From positions 191,828,001 to 191,892,000 of the forward strand of contig OZ024740.1 of assembly GCA_964016885.1 (NCBI GenBank): DNA of 64,000 bases, in the 5' to 3' direction. Shown here piece by piece: positions 52,859 to 64,000 of this stretch; position 1 is the stretch's first letter; each line of letters starts with the position of its first letter. The stretch is from Eledone cirrhosa (lineage: Eukaryota). The position numbers and the translations under genes were made by a program. The notes beneath the pieces were generated by a model. That model did not search any database. It was not told where the DNA came from and saw only the letters and a program-made list of their open reading frames with translations.

Positions 52859-54300
52859 CCCATGGGATCAAGACTTTCAGGTGTGCTAGCGATGTCTTAC
52901 ATGGACAACCTCGAGCGCAAGGCGCTCAACGCCTGCTACCCCAACGCCGTAGCCTTTTTCTCAAGATACGTGGACGATATCCTCATCCTCACATCTTCCC
53001 AAGAGACTACGAACAGAATCTATGAGACGTTCAACAACACGGACGAGAATATTGACTTCAGTGTTGAACACCCCAACGAAGACGGGTCACTTGCCCTCCT
53101 GGACTTCCGAATTAACATCACGGAACATGAAAGGATGCACTGCAACTTCTACCGAAAGGTAGCCTGCAGGGACCTGTTCGCTCACTATAAATCCGCCCTC
53201 CCTAACAGTGCCAAAAGAGGATACATCACGAACGAGATCGCGCGAATCTAAAACAGATGCAGCGATCCCGCGAGTGGTATCAGTCATACCAAGCGATTCC
53301 GCGAAGTGCTGGAGACGAACGGGTACCCTACCTCGCTCGCAGACAGAATAGGAGACACCATACACAAGAGACAGAGAAACCCCGATGGCAAATTCTTCCT
53401 TAAAATTCCACACCTGGGCGAGAATACCACCAACGTTATCCGCAAGGCTATACGGAGGGAGGGCCTTGACATCCACCTGGCCCACTCCGAACCCTCCCTG
53501 CGAAGATGCCTCTCCAGGAATCCCGGGAAATATACTGACGCATGCTCCCTCAGACACTGCCCGATATTCCATGCGAACTGTTGCCTACGCACATACGTCG
53601 TGTATAAGATAGAATGTGACAGGTGCAACCAATACTACATAGGTAGCAGAATCCGACCTTTGCACATCCGGATCAAGGAACACACTAAAACCAGGGCCTC
53701 GTCATTCCGGAAACACATAGACAAATGCGGAAACAAAGACGGAAGGGCCATTGTCACAATTCTAGCGACTGAAAGAAACATCGACACGTTACGTATCAAG
53801 GAAGCGTTCTTTATCAAACGCCTGCAATCGCAAATAAACAATCAATCCGAGAGAAGCGAAACGAGATGGCTGGTTTAAGTTAACAAACGATGCAGCAAGA
53901 CACGCACACACACACACACAAACGAGACAACTACACACGCACACGCACACACACACAGTAGCATTCCACCATACGAACATACTACACTGCCAATACAGAG
54001 GAACAAGGCAACAACACACGCACACACACACACACAGTAACATTTAACAAAAAGGCAGATAATGGACTGACAGCTAGCGCCACCCACTCACTCATTCGGC
54101 CGCTGATCTCTGCCCGACCGACTCCAATTCACGCGCACGCGCGCTCTGCTGAATACCTCAGATATTCAAAACAACAAACAGCGGAGGACGTGTTTCGCAC
54201 CTTTCCGACAGACAACCTTTCCCCCACCCCGGAAAAAAATCCCAGTTGATGGATTTGAATCCGAAATATATAGGGACAATTAAATCTCTCCCAAGGTAAC
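52857..54300 (+). mobile_element. 5'-truncated Penelope-like element (YVDD-type RT plus GIY-YIG; not Naiad-type) with a degenerate hammerhead at 54240-54276
   Basis: LPMGSRLSGVLA, FSRYVDDIL, FYRK..HYKSALP..K, NGYP, VVYKIECDRCNQYYIGS..RPLHIRIKEH, LRIKEAFFIK..IN. One stop at 53249. TCCC..GGATTTGAATCC-GAAA-TATA-TA-GGGA downstream. Confidence 0.92.
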
Positions 54301-54485
54301 TCTCTCTCGTGTTGTTATTTTAATTTTATCCTTTATACTCTTTCCTTCATTCTTTTACACGTCTTATACACACCACGCATCTCAACGTATACCTACTTAC
54401 ATCTCTCTCTCTCCATCACCGGATCTTGTTACCCGGAGATTTACCCATTTGCATTGTCGAGGCTTCCAAACGACTTAAAGATATT

Positions 54486-54822
<337 letters not shown>

Positions 54823-55034
54823 TTTGCTTTTACCGATGGTTTCACTTCACAAAAGATTGGAGAACCATAGGGACTTCCAATGGAAAAGTTTAGATCATCA
54901 GAGACCATCCTTTCCTAGGACAAAAAGTCACAGGAACGGCAAAATATATTGCCATCTGCCAGCTATCACAGGATCGAATGGGGCCGAACATTTGACCTAT
55001 ATATATATATATACACACACACAAACACACACAC

Positions 55035-55067
<33 letters not shown>

Positions 55068-55472
55068 TATTTTTATATATGTGTGTGTGTGTGTGTCTAT
55101 TTTATGTACTTACATTTATGTATCAGCTGTGGTATTGTGAGAAATACAATTCTAATTATATATATATATGTGTGTGTGTCTCTGAGTGTGTGAGTGAGTG
55201 TGAGTGAGTGAGTGTGAGTGAGTGTGTGTGTGTATGTGTGTATGTGTCTGTGCGTGTGTGTGTGTGTGTGTGTGTGGGTGTATATATATATATTATTATA
55301 TCGAATATATATTATAATTTATTATGTTATATTATATTATATCATATGTGCACTTTGCCCTCTGCAGTAGTATTTACGCGATACATACAAATAATATTCA
55401 AATTGATCGACAAACATTATCGACATTAATTTCGGGAGGTCTACGTTTTATACATACATATATATATATAGA

Positions 55473-55507
<35 letters not shown>

Positions 55508-55592
55508 TTATTAAAATAACAGATTAAAGTTTAAGCAAATACACACACACATACCCCCCCCCCCCCCCACACACACACACACACGCACGCAC

Positions 55593-55636
<44 letters not shown>

Positions 55637-57119
55637 ACACACACATGCATATATATGTGTATTTATATATTCTCAATATATGCATGTCTTGTTTATTTGC
55701 ATATTATTTGCATAGATCATACGATAGATTTATGAGCTGGATTAATTATGTATGTATATATTTATGAGTAGTAAATATTCAAGGCATATATACTTTTCAT
55801 AATCTCGTTAATTCTAATTTCATTATATTTGGTACGCATCTATATATTTATGGAAAAATATATTAAAGCATTGGAAATGAATACCAAAAACAACGCTTCG
55901 GATGTTTATCAATGTCGATTTATACATAGGAAAAGTGAGAGAAGTAGAACATATTTGTAGTGATTCGTTTTACTCTGATATGTCAGGATATCTACTGTTT
56001 ATGTGGGTGAACATTTTCTGACAACAACTAATGTATCTTTAATGCATAGCAAGCACAGGCATCCTGTTCAGCACTAAAAGAAATGAATCAGTTAAAGTTT
56101 GCATGTAATTTCGAATCGTTTGAGTCGTCTCTAAAGAAGAATAACACAATAATCCGATACCTACGAAGCCGGGAAATCATACAAAATGCTGGCGTTTGAT
56201 CTGCTCGAACAAGCAGATAAATAACACTCTTACTCTTAAATAAAGATTGATACACTGGCAATTATGATGTCAACTTCCGATCTTGATGCTATTCTTCCCA
56301 GCCTTGCAGTGCCGACGCTGATTCTTTTAGTAGCCGCAATATTTCTAATCATGATATTTATCAATATTCGTGATGTGTGTGCAATAAATAATAACATACT
56401 TTACGACGGTTCACGTGTAATTCTGATGATGAGATAACAAGTATTATCCAGCAACAGAGTATGTCTACAACATTATTACCCTGAAAATCTAAGGAAACTA
56501 AATAATATACAGTAGTAGGTATTTCGCTTCTTACGCCTAAAATAATATTCTATTTTCTAAAGAAATATAATTTGGCGTTTCAAAATATATGTGACAAATA
56601 AGAATAAATTTGATAGAATCACAAAAAAAATGTGATTTTTGAAATAGGAAGAATGATAAAGATATCACAGTTGTATATCATAGTTTATACGGCTTATTTG
56701 AATGTTCGGTTTTGCTTATAAAATTAGCAAAGCAACATTTATTGAAAGATTTGAAGTAATCGGTCTTTAAATAGACTACGTGATACTGACATTGAAATAG
56801 GGTAACAATAAATAATATGGAATCAAAATGTAATGCTAATAAATTGTCTGAACATGTGTAAGGGAATGTGCTTTGTGTACTCTGGAGTATTAGCATGAAA
56901 TGAAATATTATAGAAATCAGTAGGTTAGAATTTGACTACCTTATGTGTTACACAATTGCTACTATAAGTAGTTCGATTGTAACAGTTTATCATCAAAACT
57001 TATTGTGTAAAAGATAAATAGGGTAAAACGGTGTAAATTATAACCTACTGAATTCTAACTCACTCATATATTGAGTACTCTCTCGTCTCCGCACCGCTTA
57101 CTGTATATATATATAGAGT

Positions 57120-57173
<54 letters not shown>

Positions 57174-57175
<2 letters not shown>

Positions 57176-57235
57176 CTCTTTTACTCTTTTACCTGTTTCA
57201 GCCATCCGGCTGAGGCCATGCTGGGGCACCGCCCT
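57174..57235 (-). mobile_element. Tail fragment of a second octopus-type SINE family
   Basis: CTCTTTTACCTGTTTCAGCCATCCGGCTGAGGCCATGCTGGGGCACCGCC resembles a common Octopus interspersed repeat end (recalled, not searched). Confidence 0.55.
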
Positions 57236-57254
57236 TATATATATATATATATTT

Positions 57255-59720
57255 ACTAAAATAACAGATTAAAGTTTAAGCAAAGAATCGCTGCTTTCAC
57301 CCTTAACGGGATCTTCTGAGGTCTTTTGACCATGACTAAGTGCGGACCTTGTGCTTGCGACAGGTTCAGAAAATAACTCACAGCCTTCTTTAAAGCCTTC
57401 AACCTCTCTATACAGGTTGAGGCCAATCTCTCGGTCGTTAATTACCTCGACGTTACCCTCAATTTATTGAATGGGTTGTATTACCCGTTTAGAAAGCCGA
57501 ATGATACGCTTGATTACGTAAGTAAGCATTCCAACCATCCTGCCAGCATAACCAAGAACCTGGTAAGAAACGTTTCGTTGAGGCTTTCCCGTCTTTCCAC
57601 CAACGAGCGTATTTTCAACGACCATTCCACTTATTACAATGAAGCGCTTGTTCGAAGTGGATTTGTCGATAAGGTAGCATATACAGAGTACGAAAATAGA
57701 CCTAGAAGAAATAGATCCTGTCGCATTTGATGGTATAACCCACCATATAATATGGAGGTGGCCACACCATTAGCTAAGATCTTTCTTTCCCTTATTACGA
57801 AGCATTTTCCCCCTACACATAAATATAGTAACATTTTTAATAGAAATACTAATAAATGTCTTACTCTATGACTTCTAACCTTCCGTATAACATCACAGCT
57901 TCAAATTTAGCTAAACTACCTAGCCGTAGGAACACGTGCAACCCTGTAGTTAGTACTAACTGTAATTGTAGGAATCGGGTTGATTGCCCTCTATCCGGGA
58001 AATGCCTCTCTAGTAACATTGTCTACAAATGTAAGGTTGTGAGACCCACGTCCAGTAGGGCCTACATAGGGTTAACCGCCAATAGATTCAAGCAGCGTAC
58101 ATGCATACCCATTCTTTTCGTTACCCTCTAAGAAGGAATATGACGTCACTTTCAGCTTATATCTGGAGTCTAAAAGACAACCACACCCAATATAAGTTAC
58201 ACTGGGAGATCCTAGCTAGGGCTGGATCGTATAACGGAAATAAAAGACCATGTGACCTCTGCGACGCTGAGGCCCTGGAAATACTCTACGCCACAGACCA
58301 CATCTTAAACAAAAATCTGAGGCAATTTCGGCTTGTAAACATTAATTGCACAAACCCTTTCTGTATTACAGCCCCACGTTATACCCTAACGGATAGTACG
58401 ATCTATACGTGGATATTTTACGTCTTGATGTGGGAGCTAAGTATATGTTTTGTTTATACCTTTACTTATTTTCATAGGTAAGTATATATTACCCGTATGT
58501 TTTGTGCAGGTACGTATACCTTCTCGTACGTATATTTGATTGTTATGGCGTATAATTTTATATATTCTGGTACATATGGTTTGGCTATGTGTATACGGGA
58601 GTTTTGCGTCTGTGTGAGTATGCAGGTTCGTACAGGGTGTGTGTATTGTGTACTTCATGTTTTGGTTGACTTACGTCTCCGAACATTCGTGTATTTACAT
58701 GTAGGTATGTGTGTGCGCTTGTTATATAAGTATTTATTTATTTATATACGTTTATATAATTATTTATTTATTTGTATACACGCATACACACACACACATA
58801 TTTATATATGCGTGGTTTTGTATACCTATGTTAAGTTTTTGCGTATGCTTATGTATGTACGTATTTGTTGGCGTGTATGTATTTATTTATTTCTATTAAT
58901 TCTGTATTGTATTTATTTACTTTGTTCTTAACTCTGTAGCGGAGATTCATCCTATTTAGAATTTTAGTCTACGACTTCTGCTATACCATTTACGTGGTTT
59001 TGTCTTTGCGTGCTATTCTTCTCCACGCGCCTCATATGACGTATTATCTTCGTTTTTTTCGTTCATTGCCAGAGAACGTCTCTATGCACCACCAAAGAGA
59101 ACATTAGTCTACGACCTCTTTTATACCATAAATGTGGTTCTGTCTTTGCACGTAATTGATTTTCACCGCTCCTATTAATCACGTCTTATATTCGTTTTTT
59201 CCCGTTCTTCGCCAGAGATCGTTTCCACGAACCAAAGTATCGTCTTCCTGTCTTCCTCCGGTTGCAACGTATTTTGAAATATCCAGTTCTGCATTTACAG
59301 ATTGACTTTGTTAGTTTCAGAAGATCCCGTTAAGGGTGAAAGCAGCGATTCTTTGCTCAAACTTTAATCTGTTATTTTAATAAATATTTGCTCTACGGTT
59401 CTTATATATTTGATATATATTTATCCTTATCGAGCCCTCTTTGGATTTTAGTCTTCAAATTTATTATTACTATTATATATATATATATATATGTATATAT
59501 ATGTATATATATATTTAGTAATAATAATAAATTTGAAGACTAAAATCTTTGCCAGGGAACGTTTCCACGAATCAAAGTATCGTCCTCCTGTCTTCCTCCG
59601 GTTGCAACGTTTTTTGAAATATCCACTTCTGCGTTTACAGATTGACTTTGTTAGTTTCAGAAGATCCCGTTAAGGGTGAAAGCAGCGATTCTTTGCTTAA
59701 ACTTTAATCTGTCATTTTAA
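57255..59720 (+). mobile_element. 5'-truncated Naiad-type PLE with an inverted 5' LTR piece, 3' LTR and a further LTR piece
   Basis: VNYLDVTLNL, PFRKPND..YVSKHSNHP, RLSRLSTNERIF, WYNPPY, CNCRNRVDCPLSGKCL, IVYKC..AYIGLTANRFKQR, TSLSAYIWSLKD, CDLCDAE. 57255-57319 is inverted relative to 59318-59385; 59548-59720 repeats 59211-59380. Confidence 0.92.
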
Positions 59721-59895
59721 GACACTCTATCTCAAAATTATTTTTGAAAAGCATTTAGAAATGCGCAACCGGTAAAAGCTTAAAAACTTAAAACCACAAC
59801 TGAATACTAACCCATACAATCACTAATATTCTTTTATTCCTAATTAAACCATTTTTCAACTGTGAACAATTTGTCAGCATTTTCTATTCCGTTTA

Positions 59896-59991
<96 letters not shown>

Positions 59992-59994
59992 TTA

Positions 59995-61500
<1,506 letters not shown>

Positions 61501-61619
61501 AATATTAGTTTCAACACACGTTTTCAGATAAAGAATCTTGCTAAACATATTCAGAAACGACATATATATATATATATATATAGTGAGAGGGAGAGAGAGA
61601 GAGGGAGTATGTGAGAACA

Positions 61620-61765
61620 CTAGGGAAAGTACACTTAGAGCCGGATTAATGTTGAAAGAGGCGCTAACTGGACTCCAAACATCCCGAGCAAGATTTTTGG
61701 ATAACATCAATGAGCTTGGTTGGTCTCGCTTGGGGATCCACCCACAACAGTGGATGGTTGCTTCT
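61620..61765 (+). mobile_element. 3' end of an RTE/Expander-like LINE
   Basis: SRARFLDNINELGWSRLGIHP resembles the RTE C-terminal 'RPRxRWxDxIxxLxWxRLGI.P'; followed immediately by an (AAG)n tail. Confidence 0.6.
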
Positions 61766-61998
61766 AAGAAGAAGAAGAAGAATGAGGAGGAGGAGGAGGG
61801 GGAGGAGGGGGAAGAGGAGGAGGATGAGGAGGAGGAGGAGGAGGAGAAGAAGAAGAAGAAGAAGAAGAAGAAGAAGAAGAAGAAGAAGAAGAAGAAGAAA
61901 AAGAAGAAGAAGAAGAAGAAGAAGAAGAAGAAGAAGAAGAAGAAGAAGAAGAAGAAGAAGAAGAAGAAGAAGAAGAAGAAGAAGAAGGAGGAGAAGGA

Positions 61999-62029
<31 letters not shown>

Positions 62030-62062
62030 AAGAAGAAGAAGAAGAAGAAGAAGAAGAAGAAG

Positions 62063-62091
<29 letters not shown>
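61766..62091. repeat. ~325 bp (GAA)n/(GAG)n polypurine trinucleotide tract
   Basis: Seen directly; source of the poly-K/R/F/S ORFs. Confidence 0.98.
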
Positions 62092-62093
<2 letters not shown>

Positions 62094-64000
62094 GTTTAAA
62101 GGGGAGTGCATATTCGTTTTTATTCCTATGAAAGTTCAAAAAAAAAAGAACGATAATATTAATCTACTTTTAACTAATTCAAAATACATTTTATGAATCT
62201 TCATTCGTTTCTTGACGCGTCAAATATCTTATGAGTAGCCATCGTTTTATATTTAAATTAATATTTATGTAAATGAAACCTTCATTTAAAACCAACAGTA
62301 CATTGAATTAATTTGAAGAGTCGAAGTCCGTATGGATATTCGTAACTGCTATAGAAATACATTGTGCCATTCTAAAGGGTAAATACAAAAACAAATGATT
62401 TCATCTTTTTCAAATACTATATAATTCTTAGTGGTCCCGTGATCTGGTGATTTTGCTGATGCTGGTGGGAGTATACATATTAGCGCCATTTGATAAACAA
62501 CCGAATTACAATTGATAGAATCATACTTATTGTTTTGCCTTAAATACGCTAAATTGCTCTTGCTTTGTATGTTATGTTAATTCGAGCGGGTATTTATTTC
62601 CTTACATATTTGATGAACATATAAATCTAGATTTTGATAAAAATTAACTCACTAATATGAAAACTAAATGCGAAACGAGAATCTATGCATTACACATTAA
62701 TTGATTGCATGTGTATGGCGGAAATACAATATAAATGAGTAAATAGACAATTGTGGAATCAGTGTACAGAAAATAGATTAGTATGTTGGCATATGAGCAC
62801 CCATAACAGTGCAAATAGGTATCTGTTTCCGTTATGGGTGTTCATCTACTTTTAATTCTATTTTCAAGGTTTTCATTTCCCACCGTATTCTATTTGACTC
62901 ATGTTTATGTACTCAAATATATGTGGCGTACAAAAGGCGGCTTTCGGTATTTAAACGGATGAAGTTGGTGTATAGAGCAAAGCGCTACTTGAAGAATTGA
63001 ACAAAAACATCAACAATTACCGTTGTTCCAATTATAGAATGCAAGTAGTTAATAATATGTTTATTATTTCATTTGTTTGTACTATAAACGACAGTCCAAC
63101 TATCAAAAACTCTATATTTCTTTTCCTGAATAAATGTAACAATGTGAGGGGAAATACGATTTAACCCCGAAATACAGACCAACCTTCTATGCATCACTTA
63201 CATCTTTATCGCTATTATCTAACATTCCATGATATTTTTCCCTGGCCAAATGTAGTTCTTTCTGATTTTCATCCTGCAAGCCCTTCTATATTCTAATGTT
63301 CAGTTGTGTATCGCATATATTTGCCTCTGCTTTCCATCCCACCCCTCACAAATTTACAAAACACTTCAGTTTAAGCATCTTACTCACTCGTTAGGATACG
63401 CATGTATGTCTTATTCATAGCAAACTCAATATAAGAATGCATTTCAGCAAAGTACAATGGACGTGAAAATATTCAATTGGTAACTAACAACCTATTTACA
63501 TTCAGCACATTAGAATACAAATTCTAAAGGGGCAAATTTTCCAGAAATTTCTACGCACAAATATTCCACATACGACTCTCAATGACACGTCAATTATTTG
63601 CTGGTCTGTTAGGTCAACCTCATAAAAATGATGATGCCCAAATGGCATCACAAAATATACACTTTCACATAAAGTTGAGAAAAATAGTTCATGTACAATC
63701 GAGCGTTTAATATTTTAGTTGTGGTATCATGAAATGAATAAATGTTTTACTAGGACACTCTGTATGGCATGTGTAATAGACTGCACACATTACATCCTAA
63801 AAAAAGTGTTGGTGTCTAGTTTTCTTGGCCAGAGAAAAGTGTAGCAGTTTTAGAAATAACGGGACTCAGTGGAAGTAAAATAATTTTTCCTGTTCGAGAA
63901 CATGAGCAAGAAACTTGTGTGGCGACCTGAGGTTTATTATTATATCATTAACCTGTTCAAGCCGCATTCACTTGTAGGTAAATGTAATCCTGCTTTCCTA

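Noticed and set aside
62830-63763. Very old Tc1/mariner relic (GGACACTCTGTA end); similar hints at ~3545-3840 and ~37320-37600
   Set aside because: The putative TIRs match poorly and the peptide motifs are too decayed to support without a search.

Overview
Eukaryotic, AT-rich, microsatellite-dense DNA with no host protein-coding exon that I can support. The tRNA-derived SINE families point to a cephalopod, most likely Octopus (inference). The window is mostly decayed mobile elements. It holds two Tx1/L1-like LINEs plus fragments, four R4/Dong-type restriction-like-endonuclease retrotransposon pieces, a CRE-like RT remnant and an RTE 3' end. It also holds at least seven Penelope-like element (PLE) relics, four of them with Naiad-type motifs, plus a non-autonomous Helitron carrying a minisatellite, an internally deleted mariner and many SINE copies. 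The most notable signal is RNA: about a dozen type I hammerhead ribozyme (HHR) motifs read by eye. They include (i) an ORF-less, highly structured ~0.53-0.59 kb unit repeated in tandem and inverted at 50.7-52.5 kb with three intact HHRs, resembling a retrozyme that would yield circular RNA, and (ii) HHRs with unusually long or branched stem II (45553-45691, 30420-30530). All calls come from reading motifs by eye; no database search or RNA folding was run, and element boundaries are approximate.
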